Shown: piece after piece, positions 11,058-23,316 of the stretch
Layout of the letters: every line of letters begins with the position of its first letter
Numbering within the stretch: the first letter of the stretch is position 1
Source of the DNA: Albugo candida
Lineage: Eukaryota
Length of the DNA stretch: 64,000 nt
Direction of reading: 5' to 3'
Assembly (NCBI GenBank): GCA_040437565.1
Contig: JBDOQK010000021.1
Location: forward strand, 372,001 to 436,000
Translations under genes and position numbers: made by a program
Notes under the pieces: model-generated
What the model was told of the DNA's origin: nothing
The model's database searches: none
What the model saw: the letters and a program-made list of their open reading frames with translations, nothing else

Positions 11058-13632
11058 CTACGCTATCTGATCTTTAGGCCTGAGCCACGGAAATTGAAAT
11101 GTAAAGTCGTAACCATTATGCTGTATTGAGTAAGAGGATGGGAATAAAATCGCACTAACAAATACAAAAAAGCCCACCGTCCATTGTGTTTCCAGCACGA
11201 ACCCCAAATGATGCAACTGCGAAATTTGAATACGTTTGCCCACTCGCCACCAGTAAATGATCAGCATTGTGACTTGACCGACAGCACAAATCGATAAATA
11301 GGTGAGAGTTGTTGTCAGACGTGTAGCATCGATCTCATTGACTCCATTCTCTGACTTTATGAGTAATGGCGCCATTGTGGTGTTATACGCTATCGACGGC
11401 AAATGCACCGCAATCGATAGATACACGAGGTATCCCATCAACGTGGACGACGACGTGTACATCCGCACGCAGTTGAGCTCCATCCGATGGAGCATTGTAA
11501 GCGTTTTGGAAATTGTCTCGAGCGTGATACTATCGACCGCATGAAGCTGGGTTTTGCTCCTTTCTTTAGACAAGCGTTTAGAAGGCTCCACAAGCAACAA
11601 ATCTCGCTTCCGGGACTCTTTCATTCTCAAATTATGCAAGAACGAGCTCTCAATCGGTGGAGATATCATCACCCCACTGCGATCTCGCTTGGAGCCTAGA
11701 CTGGGTCCGACGATCATAACGTCTTGAACTTTTCGCGTATGTCTCCAAGAGAGAAAACTACGTAGTCTCTGCTTCCACGTGCAGAAAGGAATCGATTCGT
11801 TTCGGATGATACTGCTACAAAGCCGATAGCCTTCCAAAGGCACTTGGTGCTGATAACGAGACAGCCCGAAGACGCCGGATCGAGCGTACAACGCAAACGA
11901 AGTGAAAATGGGAAATCGATGATTCGGTGGTACGGCTTCAGGCTTCCGAATCATGTCGAGAATCTCGTTGGTGGGATCGAAAGTCACCGAGTACACCAGC
12001 CGTATCGTTCTTTGTAACAGCTCCATTTTACCATGCTCAAGGTCCTCTTTCGGCGCGTGTTTAGTGGCGTGCATATGTGTCGCTAAAAGCCGGAATTGCG
12101 TTTGGATCTCGTGACAATCTTGCTCGGCCATTCCAATGCAAAAGAAGCCGACCAGCGTGTTACCTAATAACAAGCCGTAGAAGAAGGACGCATTGGCGTT
12201 TTGCAAACACGCTACCGAGAAAACATCATGGAAGCACTGCGAGACCGCACTGATCAACAAAGGAGATGCGTCCATCAGCACGGGATTTGCTTTCTTAGCG
12301 ATAAAGTGCCGTATAGCTGTCTTCATAAACGGTAAAAGCCAACTGAGAAAAAATTGCTGACGTTCGGTGAAGTTTTCAAACAGACAGAGATACGCGACGT
12401 ATACAAACACAGGACTCGCGATTGCAATTGTCACGGTGTAGTATCGATACAATCGAGCCACAAGACGTCGTTCGCGGTACGGAATTTGACGCCAAATGAA
12501 AAAACCGAAAATTAGCATTTGAGATGTCACAACGGGAAATATAGTCAATGTCGGCGCAAATGGAACCGGAAAGCCCACAAATGCTGTCAATGCAATGTGA
12601 ACGGAAAGCCCAAACGCTGTTTCCACCAACGTCGCAGCAATACGAACTGAAAGTATGACCTCAATGTCGGGATTCAGCTCGAAAAACAGGTAAAGACCTC
12701 CCCAAGAAATCAAAAAAATCTCAAAGCCCATGCGCGCAAAGTACCCAAATTGATCGCTGATGCTCGTGCGCGAAGGATCAGCAAGCGGGATGAGCTCACA
12801 GAGGATTACCAGCACCCACCAAATGAATGGTCCGAAACAACATCCGGCAATTGCATCCCATGTGTCACATCGATAGCAGTAATGCTGAAGCATACAAAGC
12901 TTCTCCACAGAGAATTGTCCGCCAGCAAACGCATTTNNNNNNNNNNNNNNNNNNNNNNNNNNNNNNNNNNNNNNNNNNNNNNNNNNNNNNNNNNNNNNNN
13001 NNNNNNNNNNNNNNNNNNNNNNNNNNNNNNNNNNNNTCAAACAGACAGAGATACGCGACGTATACAAACACAGGACTCGCGATTGCAATTGTCACGGTGT
13101 AGTATCGATACAATCGAGCCACAAGACGTCGTTCGCGGTACGGAATTTGACGCCAAATGAAAAAACCGAAAATTAGCATTTGAGATGTCACAACGGGAAA
13201 TATAGTCAATGTCGGCGCAAATGGAACCGGAAAGCCCACAAATGCTGTCAATGCAATGTGAACGGAAAGCCCAAACGCTGTTTCCACCAACGTCGCAGCA
13301 ATACGAACTGAAAGTATGACCTCAATGTCGGGATTCAGCTCGAAAAACAGGTAAAGACCTCCCCAAGAAATCAAAAAAATCTCAAAGCCCATGCGCGCAA
13401 AGTACCCAAATTGATCGCTGATGCTCGTGCGCGAAGGATCAGCAAGCGGGATGAGCTCACAGAGGATTACCAGCACCCACCAAATGAATGGTCCGAAACA
13501 ACATCCGGCAATTGCATCCCATGTGTCACATCGATAGCAGTAATGCTGAAGCATACAAAGCTTCTCCACAGAGAATTGTCCGCCAGCAAACGCATTTCGC
13601 CACAGCAAATGGAACGTTTGTCCACATGTCAT
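11058..13632 (-). CDS. Oomycete multi-pass membrane protein of unknown function; about 637 aa after collapsing the duplication
   Basis: ORFs 12865-13641 and 11058-13088 join when the 561 bp duplicate plus gap (offset 661) is removed. Motifs IPLADP, VGFPVPF and C-terminal HNGYDFTFQFPWL resemble an expanded oomycete TM family. Confidence 0.8.
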
Positions 13633-13896
13633 TGCTGTCAATAGCTCTTACGACTCACTCGGACCCTTTTGCCCTAATAATAAATGTAAAAGTAAAACTG
13701 TCCGATCACAAAGCGTCTGTCATTTTCACGTGGCAATAAGTAGAAAAATTATTTCTCAGTCACAATTGCGTGGCAGCACGTCTTTGAATGTGAAGAAAAT
13801 CGCGTGGCAATGAGTCAAAACAGCATTTTTCTTTGTCATTGACACGTCAGACGATATTTATGAATTTTATAATCAGTTCATAGTACAATTTCGAAC

Positions 13897-14745
13897 ATGA
13901 AACTCACTACAGGCACAACGGCTTTAATCATTTTGGCAGACACATTTTTACCACTCGATGCGCACTTGACATTGTACGATCATGAGAGCCTTTGCTTCCA
14001 TCCAGAAGTAAAACAAAAGCACAAACGCGAAGATGAATGGGTTACTGTCCTCACTGATTCGACTTTGATGAAGATGGATGCTGCTCCTTATTGGGAACAA
14101 ATTGGCAAAAAAAAGTACAAAACATTAAACGAATTGCTTAATCGCACCGAACAGACCGACCACCCAAAAAAGCAGAAACCATTGGGAATTAGTTTCGATT
14201 GCGGCCTGACAACTTTGAAATGCGAAAAGCTCCCCTATACTCAACATTTGCAGTTTGTACACTCGGGATTCTCACACGAAGGTTTGTATTCGATAACGGT
14301 TAATCGTGTGGAGACCTTTTTTGCAAGAAAGGACACGAATGAGAATGATCTAGACCCGCTGATGATCGATTACTCACAATGCCTTACTGCGAAATATAAT
14401 ACTTGTATTGTGGAAATTGACTGGCTTGGAATGCGGCCGATAAAGAAGAAGTTGCAGGCGCAGAGATATAAATGGTGCATCAAAATGGATGTTACTGGTC
14501 TCAAGGATGATAAAAAGTGGACAGATTACAAGAGCAAACATATTGTTGGGGAATATGATAAGATAACTGACAAAAATGGTAAAGTTCGGACTTTTAATGA
14601 TTATGTACGACCGCAAAAACTTAAGCAGGAGGATCAGAATAGCAAGGATCATAAGGGAAGTAAGGATGATCAAAATGCTAAGGCAAAGAAGGACAAGGAA
14701 AAAAAGGAAAAGGAAAAAAAGGACAAGGAGCGTGGAGATAAATGA
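13897..14745 (+). CDS. Secreted AA17-family lytic polysaccharide monooxygenase-like protein (divergent) with Lys/Asp/Glu-rich tail
   Basis: Signal peptide ends ...PLDA, placing His23 at the mature N-terminus. WV, KKYKTLNELL, DCGLT, GFSH127EG, DYSQC-x7-C, WLG and QRY191KWC are collinear with the AA17 pattern (H1...CG.T...H.GPC...DYS.C..C...WLA...WQ.Y.NC). Confidence 0.75.
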   Translation: MKLTTGTTALIILADTFLPLDAHLTLYDHESLCFHPEVKQKHKREDEWVTVLTDSTLMKMDAAPYWEQIGKKKYKTLNELLNRTEQTDHPKKQKPLGISFDCGLTTLKCEKLPYTQHLQFVHSGFSHEGLYSITVNRVETFFARKDTNENDLDPLMIDYSQCLTAKYNTCIVEIDWLGMRPIKKKLQAQRYKWCIKMDVTGLKDDKKWTDYKSKHIVGEYDKITDKNGKVRTFNDYVRPQKLKQEDQNSKDHKGSKDDQNAKAKKDKEKKEKEKKDKERGDK

Positions 14746-15292
14746 TTGTAGATGTTGACATTAGAAGCTGAGGGTTTATATTCGCAATATATTTTCTATG
14801 TTGAATTTGCATTTGCACAGTTGAGACGTTTCCTTACCATTTGACAGCTCTAAGGAGAGACGTAATTTCAAAAATAATAAATATTAATTTTTTAAAAAAT
14901 TTAATACTTTTTTTATTCCAATTATAAAATAACATAACTGTAATTTTTCCTGTATTATTTTTACCGTTTGAACGGTAAAAAAAAAAAATTATGATTTAAA
15001 AAAAAAAAATAAGTGATTGAGGACACCGATATAAAGTATAAAGTTTAAGTAAACATGGATGAACATGTGGGGAGCCAACATTGGAAGAAAAGAAACCAAT
15101 CATGGACGTCATATTTTTGACGAATCGATGGACGATCGATCCACAAATTATAATGTGTCACCGAGAGTCAAGGATCGGGAGTGTGGAAATGTATGTGAGA
15201 TAACGAAATTCGTTTATTTCTAACACTACTTGTGGCTCGGTCCTACATTAAGACAACGTACAAAATCTCGGCAATTGTAAGCACTACAAAAT

Positions 15293-15640
15293 TCAATAAG
15301 GTCCAAAGCCAGGGAAAAATCCACTGTCAACTCCTTCCTCCACTATGATGTCAATGGTCGGATCCATACAAGAACAGGCATCAATTTTCACAGTAACCAA
15401 CAACTGCACGACTTTGCTCGGAGCTTTCACGCTGGTACCATTGATCATCAGAACTAAACTAGAATACTTCGAGTAGATTTTGATATCGTGAAATGCTAGC
15501 TTCTGGTTGAGATCCACGGTGAATCCATGATGCATTATTTCATCTTCGAGATAGCCCGTGTTGACCAAGTTGCCGAACTGCTGAGAAGCCTGAACGCACA
15601 GAATCGCTGTACAGCACATTGAAAGAAATAGTCTGATCAT
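15293..15640 (-). CDS. Small secreted protein, family member A (115 aa)
   Basis: Signal peptide MIRLFLSMCCTAILCVQA; motif VKIDACSCMDP shared with four paralogs in the window. Confidence 0.85.
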   Translation of the reverse strand: MIRLFLSMCCTAILCVQASQQFGNLVNTGYLEDEIMHHGFTVDLNQKLAFHDIKIYSKYSSLVLMINGTSVKAPSKVVQLLVTVKIDACSCMDPTIDIIVEEGVDSGFFPGFGPY

Positions 15641-18070
15641 GATTGGACAAAATATGCGAAACCGGCCCTGATGACGCTTTCCTTCGATGCTGGTAAATTG
15701 GAAAGTGAGAAGCGACGTAGATATATCAGGAGAATGTTGGTGCTCTATGCATCACAGAAGGCGCTTACAGGATAGGCCATGATAGCGGGCAAGTCGAAGG
15801 CTGACAAGCCTTTACGTATCCAGACCTGACTCTGGGCGGACAATTCGATTGGTTAATATCAAAATATTTGTCTGATTCTTCGATGTGCGTTTGAGCCGCG
15901 GAATCATTCTTTATTACAGTCTAGATCATTAGTGTGATGGCAAAAGGAGTCAAAATGCAACTTGATTTCCGCGTTCAATAACAATTATAAAAGTCCATGT
16001 TATATATCTCGACATCAGAGTATTCCATCCTACCTGCGATATATAATCACAAGCAATGCAAATTTGGTTTTGAGGGCACTTATGCTGTATCAGTTGAATA
16101 TAATTTCAACCGATAGACTCAGAGGATACATCACGGGACATTATCGAACAAAAATAAAAGGAGCTGTTTGTATTCGCTTGGAACCTATAATTTTCGCGAA
16201 TGGCTCGACTGAACTGACACAAATACTCACTTTTGAACCAGATGATTTGATTTGCTACTATCAATGCTCTCGCTGTACAAAATGTGCGGCTTTTCCCTTT
16301 GAAGGACCGAGGAAATGAATTTCTTTACTTTATGTGAGCAGATAGATCTTTGGTAACAGTACAGGGAGAATAAATGGCATTGATGACTGCCGCTTACTTT
16401 GAAAGATGGCAAAATGTACCTGTTTGATGCAAGGGATAGACATTGCGGAGACTGAGAGAATTCATTTGGTGCGCGGTCTCGGTCATCTAGTGTACTGGCA
16501 ACGTGTGCTGCACTTAATCAAAATACCGAGTCGAAATTGGCAACCTAATGAATTGAGAGCGTCATAGCATACAAAATTACACAAGCCAATTCTGTGGAGT
16601 AATGACACGCCAACACATTTCAGGTCGAAATGCGTATTGATTGTGCAAGCTTCTATCCACTTGTTTTGGATTCATTATGTATGCTTTGCTGGAGGAGACA
16701 AAGTAATAGTCCGTCGTGTCGATTTGTCTCGAACACGTCCTTCTAATTACGGATACGATGACGCGAAGGTAGCCTTCTCGAGCATTAATAGGATTATCGG
16801 TTGAGAAAGTAGACGTAGGGTAGCCCAAGTGCGGCAGTGCGTCTCAGCTTGAACACTCACATAGCTTCCGGTCTGTAAAGTAAGAAACTTATTCGTTTCG
16901 ACACAAAGTAGAAAGTGTGACCGCAATTGTGGCGTCTTGCTAATTACCGAAATAGACTGTCTTTTTCATGAAGCGATGTCTTGTGTCAATATATTACCTC
17001 TGCTCGTAGATCTAATCTTTGCAACAACGCTTTCAATCGGTAANNNNNNNNNNNNNNNNNNNNNNNNNNNNNNNNNNNNNNNNNNNNNNNNNNNNNNNNN
17101 NNNNNNNNNNNNNNNNNNNNNNNNNNNNNNNNNNNNNNNNNNNGTATTGATTGTGCAAGCTTCTATCCACTTGTTTTGGATTCATTATGTATGCTTTGCT
17201 GGAGGAGACAAAGTAATAGTCCGTCGTGTCGATTTGTCTCGAACACGTCCTTCTAATTACGGATACGATGACGCGAAGGTAGCCTTCTCGAGCATTAATA
17301 GGATTATCGGTTGAGAAAGTAGACGTAGGGTAGCCCAAGTGCGGCAGTGCGTCTCAGCTTGAACACTCACATAGCTTCCGGTCTGTAAAGTAAGAAACTT
17401 ATTCGTTTCGACACAAAGTAGAAAGTGTGACCGCAATTGTGGCGTCTTGCTAATTACCGAAATAGACTGTCTTTTTCATGAAGCGATGTCTTGTGTCAAT
17501 ATATTACCTCTGCTCGTAGATCTAATCTTTGCAACAACGCTTTCAATCGGTAACCGACGCACTGTCTTGACATACAAACTAGGCTACTGCCGACTGCTTT
17601 TGGTACGCTACAAGCTCCGTTGATCGCAAATGGTATACTTATACGAAGTAGCATCAGAAAATAGGAATAGTAACACCATGCGGAGATCTGAGTTTCCTTC
17701 CAAAATTCGTTCACAGTATCGATGGAAAGTCGCATTAATCGCAGCCACTGGTGGGAAGGCGACTTCTATGGGCGATGCTTTTTACATCAACGTATTGATA
17801 AACAAAAAGATCTTCTCCAATCTCCTTTAATGACTAGTATCAATCATTTGTTGTGTCACTTGGAAGCCTTTCCTCTCACAAGGGGTACCATTCGGTCTTA
17901 CACCAATTTTTACACGTACAAACTTTCTAACTGCAGTAATCGCAAGACGTGAGAACGATGATTCTAGTTGACGTGGCATGCATTAGTAACATTTCTTCCA
18001 CTTGAGAGATGAAAACACTTTGAAATTTCCTTCTGGCTCAACACATCGACTGTAAAAATACCTTTGGACA

Positions 18071-19934
18071 ATGCGATCCCTTCAACAAATTCTCATCGCA
18101 ACAACGGTGGTGATCAATGTGGTCCACTCGAACACGGGTATTTCTCGCACAGATCATGAGCTGATACGATCACTTCCCTCCGTTCAGATTCCATCATTCG
18201 ATTACGGCCATTTGATGGACGATGAAACACCTCAAAATATGTTGTTGGCGCTTGAGCGAGACGGTATACTTGCACTCCGAAACATCCCGAATTACCAAAG
18301 AATTCGAGACGCTTATTTCGAAATTGCCACCAAATGCGTGCTAGAAGCCAAACCNNNNNNNNNNNNNNNNNNNNNNNNNNNNNNNNNNNNNNNNNNNNNN
18401 NNNNNNNNNNNNNNNNNNNNNNNNNNNNNNNNNNNNNNNNNNNNNNNNNNNNNNCGATTACGGCCATTTGATGGACGATGAAACACCTCAAAATATGTTG
18501 TTGGCGCTTGAGCGAGACGGTATACTTGCACTCCGAAACATCCCGAATTACCAAAGAATTCGAGACGCTTATTTCGAAATTGCCACCAAATGCGTGCTAG
18601 AAGCCAAACCTGAAGATTCTCAATCTTTTGTGTCAAGTAAGACGTTTGGAGACGGCACTCAACGAGCAACCATCAGCTCAGAAGCCGGGCTCAATTTGAA
18701 TTCCGCTGGTTTTTTGGCTGATGCTGCGTGCCCTGGGTATCGCGATCGGTACCTTGACTTTAGCCGTGCCTTGGAAAATGCCGTTAATACATTCGCACAA
18801 GCATTGGAGAAGAGCTCTTTTGAGATTTATGATCAAGATCAATTGATATCAATCCGGGAAATGATAAATGAGGCAACCCGTCTGGATCATTTTCATCTTT
18901 ACGAGGGAACGGAAAATGAGGTTGAAGCGAATCCGACATCCAATCACGCACACCGATTGTCCTCTGAGGAGTTGTCAGTGTCATTACATGAAGATCGCGG
19001 GCTATTCATTGTGATGGCTTCTCCACAATTTAGTCGTGCGAGCAAGCAAGGCCGACTGAATTCTATGCAAGTTGAGCCAGATGATAGAGGTCTAATCATC
19101 CAGCAAGGGGATGGCCAATTCGTCCGACCAATTTTGCATGATGCGGAGATAGTGATCATGATGGGTACAGGAGCAACTGAATGGCTTCGAACCAGCCATA
19201 TTTTACCACCTGTGACACACGGTATGAAAATGCTTACATACCCCAGCGTATCTGAAGAACGTGTCACTCGAGCATTTTTTGGTAAAATGATTCTCTTGCC
19301 GCTCTATCAGCGTGTATCACCCAGTCGATTCACATTTGCTGAAATTCTGAACAAAACATATCGTCATGTCTCTGGAATCGATATACTCGAACCAAAAGAA
19401 ATTGGCTGTGCATCAAGCCGTCAGCTTGTGGAAGCAGCAAAACCTTGTTATGTCCAGGTAAGCTGCGAAGCGAAAGCAGATTTTCCCAAGACGGACTGTT
19501 CTACTATCTGCAATAGAAACCATACAGATGATGCAGAAAAATGCAAAAAATATTGCCAAGGATGCCAAAATGGAGGAATAGGGAATATAGTCTGGATGCA
19601 GTGTATCCCCGATTCCGCGCATCCGCCACCATCAGATCCTCAACACGGAGCCCTTCCTCCAGGTCCAGCTCCGGTTAGCCCAGTGCCTCCTACTACGAGT
19701 GGTCCTGTACATCCGCCTACAAGTGGTCCTGTACCTCCGACTCTCCCTCCAGATGTTCCTGCACCTCCTACATTACCTCTGGTCAACCCTGAATCTGATT
19801 TTGCTGGTGTTCCTGCCATTCTATCTCACGATACTCCAGTAGAACCAGCTCCACTGGACAACTCGAACAGCAAAAGGAAGTCGTGTCGCCGGGTAATCCA
19901 CCACCAGCCACAACTCCACCGTCAGCTTCATTAA
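18071..19934 (+). CDS. Secreted 2OG-Fe(II) dioxygenase-like protein with Cys-rich domain and Pro-rich tail; about 535 aa after collapsing the duplication
   Basis: Signal peptide. Removing the 256 bp offset (18199-18354 = 18455-18610 plus gap) joins the ORFs in frame. SLHEDRGLFI (HxD), GLII, IVIMMG, VTHGM (distal His) and TRAFF resemble IPNS/DIOX-type oxygenases. Confidence 0.7.
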
Positions 19935-20097
19935 GCGATTCGCAAGACACCTCCAATTCAGATGTTCCAAGGCTTGCGTCACATGCGACTGTTCTATTGT
20001 TGTGCATTTTTACCGCGTTTTAAGATTTTGCATTGCGATATTTTTCAATACATTTCCTTATAAGAAATCATTCATTTTCTGTGACTCCTTCATACAA

Positions 20098-20571
20098 ATG
20101 AACGTAATCGCTGAAATGAAACGAATACATGAGCGTGAGTTAGAGCTTGGCGTTCCTTATGAAGGCTCCTGGCATCAGAAATATAAAGACAGCGCGTGGG
20201 TGTACTTCGGAGAGCTATCTTTCGAGCTCACAAAAGAAGAAGGCAAAGAAAGCAAAAAAACAACGTAAAGAAATGAAAAAATCGAAGCGAGACGAATTAA
20301 ATGGTTTGAACAGGTAAGGAGAAAGCGAATGGAACAAAAGAAGGAAGAAGAGCTTCAGAACGATCCAATAGACAGACTGACACTCGAGCAATTGGAAGCA
20401 TAATCGAGCGCAACGGGCTGGAGAGGAAGATATGAGCCTGATGCCAAAGTAAAATGTGTAAAACGGGGAGAGACTGGTGGAGAGAGAATGGAAGAAAATG
20501 AGCAAGAAGCTTACAACGAACGAGAGCGTAGGCGTCGGGCTGCGTTCGGTGGAGTCAATCGTATACGTTAG
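20098..20571 (+). pseudogene. RBMX2: RBMX2/Snu17 (RES complex) pseudogene with most of the RRM deleted
   Basis: MNVIAEMKRIHERELELGVPYEGSWHQKYKDSAWVYFGELSFELT matches the RBMX2 N-terminus. It then jumps to a Lys-rich C-terminal region with frameshifts and an internal stop, ending ...GWRGRYEP...AFGGVNRIR*. Confidence 0.85.
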
Positions 20572-20609
20572 GAAACATTTCCCGCAGTCGTTTTTTTTTG
20601 AAAATAGAG

Positions 20610-22178
20610 TGCTGAATTCTAATTCGTATTTACACACCTGAACAACATTCTGAGAGGTCGATTGATGATCGTTTTCCATCGGTTCTTCCTCCTCCATATC
20701 TGGTGCTACCGTGTAGTGTCTTTGCCCGGAACACAAAGCAATTCGAAGTGGACAGTTAATCTGAAAAATGAGACTCCATTGATCGCATCTATCGACCTGT
20801 CTACGCATCGACTTGAATGTTATCTCACAAATCTCTTACCAGATAGCCGCATCTTTTCACTCACTTGGACTCCTTGACCGCCGAAAATGAGATACCGGCC
20901 TCCACAATGAAGATCAAAAGCAATACGCTTCATTTCTCCATTCATATTTCAAATCGGCGGGTCTACCTGATTCGTATCTGCTTTGCGATGAACAGTAGTC
21001 AATATGTCATTTGTTTGTCGAATGGATCTGACCATCACGACGTGCAGCTGTGAACAAGAGATTCCCATCGTACGAGAAACGTACTTGCGTGATACCTCTT
21101 CTTTCGTGAGTCTGTGAAGAGATTCATGTCAGAAATACGCTTGGGCGTGGAAGCTTACACACGCAAAGTGTCATCAATTCTTCGCCCGAGTCTTCGGCAT
21201 ACAATCCTGTTGTGCCATGAAACGATCCTGCTGCGTACATTCTGGATAGCTGCACGTTCGAAAATTTCAGAGTTGACGGATGGGAGGATGCACGCACTTG
21301 GAGTGATCTGGATTGAAGTGAATAGAGCTGATCAGACCACGCTGTCCTTGCTTGGCTTTCTTCGTCTTTGCAAGCGGCCGAGACTCGAAATCGCGGCTTG
21401 GATGGGACAGGTCGAACACGCGAACATACGCTCAAAACCAGCATAGGTTTTGTCTGCCGTGGGATTAAATGTAATCGACGTTGCGGAGGTGAGTTCATCC
21501 AGACGATCGAATGCCCGAAACGAGGCGCGAAGCTGAATGGTAGATTATTAGATGTTGCAGGGTATAAGAAGATACTAACTTGGCCGCTGTAGGCATCCCA
21601 TAAATGGATCGGCNNNNNNNNNNNNNNNNNNNNNNNNNNNNNNNNNNNNNNNNNNNNNNNNNNNNNNNNNNNNNNNNNNNNNNNNNNNNNNNNNNNNNNN
21701 NNNNNNNNNNNNNTAATCGACGTTGCGGAGGTGAGTTCATCCAGACGATCGAATGCCCGAAACGAGGCGCGAAGCTGAATGGTAGATTATTAGATGTTGC
21801 AGGGTATAAGAAGATACTAACTTGGCCGCTGTAGGCATCCCATAAATGGATCGGCTCATCTTTGCTTGTGGTTAGAAAGCAGCATGTTGATGGGTATGCA
21901 GAGTTCATGTGTGGATACCATTTCATATCGTATGTACTTTTTGGTTCTTTTATTTGAAGAACCGAATGCGCATCAGCGCAATCTCGATCGATCGGTGGCT
22001 CAAATATTCGGATCGTATGATCTTCGCTATTCGTTAGAGGACATAGATTATCTGGTGATGTCTGAACGCCTTTGGTAAAATTATTATCTCTATACGACTG
22101 AAATTCATCAAATGCTGCAAAGCAAAGGCGTGGGTCGTCTACGAGTGCGCCAGATTCGACGACATTGGAAAACTCCAT
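20610..22178 (-). pseudogene. WRAP53: WRAP53/TCAB1 WD40 protein pseudogene
   Basis: NNFTKG..SPD..TNSEDH.IRIF, YDMKWYPHMNS.YPSTCCFLTTSKDEPIHLWDAYSG, GQRGLISSIHFNP, SGQRH. Frameshift near 21425 (GFERM/RVFDL). The 3' end is approximate. Confidence 0.85.
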
Positions 22179-22207
22179 GCTTTTGTATGTACCAATTTAT
22201 ATGAGTT

Positions 22208-23216
22208 ATCATCTTACAGCGAACAAATGCCTGGCCTCTAAGGCTGGCATTTTTATGATGCTCCACCAGTGGCTAGTCGCATTGTTGCAACCGCGGGATC
22301 TTGCAACATTGTCGGGATGGTTCCAGAATCTTGATGTTCAAGGCTACTGCCGCTCTTGTGCTCATTTCGATAACTACCAGACCCGAACAATTGCTGGAAA
22401 AATGCATCATATTTATCGAAATACCGATGACCGCCCCGCAGCCATGTATCATTATTCGTTCCATTCTCAACAGCATACCAGACCACGTTCGCATTGACTG
22501 ATTGTAGAATTGTATGAAGTCGCTGCATGTGGAAATGCGGTATTACTTCATCTGCGGTTCCTGCTTTCTAAAATGACACCAGCAACCATTTGAGCAATAA
22601 GCATAACAATTAGTAAAGCATCAATCGAGCCGTCAATTTCAATACATGATCTTTGGGAGCAGTTGTTGCGAGATAAACAGCCACAGCGCCCGAAGCGATC
22701 TCCCAAATAAAACAATTTTGTTCCGGTCAATTTTTTTGTGTTGTCGTAAATAGCTCAAAGAAGCCTATCACGAAAAGCTAAGTGAGTTGTGGATTGAGGA
22801 ATAAAATGAGCACCTTTGCATCCATTTGCAATCCTATTTCACTCGGAACTCCTTCGCTGTGACCGTATCCTCGATAATCCACCAGTAAAATATTACATTT
22901 GACATTGCGAAACAATTGAATTGCATTCGGTAGACGGAATCCGATATCTACAAAAAAAACTCCAAGTATGTGACTATCATTCTTTCAGTCTCTTACTTCC
23001 GGAATTTCCATGAAAGAAAATAATTGTCGGATATCCAAGCGAGTTGGATTGCTTTAGTAACCACACATGGATTCGAATACCATCCTCATTAGGAATCATA
23101 ACGTCTTCGTGTTCGATATCATACTCTCGTGGATGACGATATCCTACAAGATACTTTTATGAAAAACAGCGTCGTCAATGAAAGCATTATCGGACCGGAT
23201 GGATTGTCTTTTGTCA
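22208..23216 (-). pseudogene. ABHD13: ABHD13/BEM46 alpha/beta hydrolase pseudogene; 5' end lost in the gap
   Basis: Manual translation gives PTIIFFHGNSG, ILLVDYRGYGHSEGVPSEIGLQMDA, IVLFGRSL(G)GAVA (frameshifted), VAGVILE fused directly to AGTADEVIP (deletion), and GTNNDTW (catalytic His replaced by Asn). Confidence 0.85.
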
Positions 23217-23316
23217 NNNNNNNNNNNNNNNNNNNNNNNNNNNNNNNNNNNNNNNNNNNNNNNNNNNNNNNNNNNNNNNNNNNNNNNNNNNNNNNNNNNN
23301 NNNNNNNNNNNNNNNN

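Noticed and set aside
16577-17553. Apparent tandem gene pair MGYPTSTFSTDNP...
   Set aside because: Gap-flanking duplicate, and the ORF has no coding hallmarks.
20215-20808. 197 aa ORF on the minus strand
   Set aside because: It is the WRAP53 C-terminal relic reading through into the antisense strand of the RBMX2 relic.
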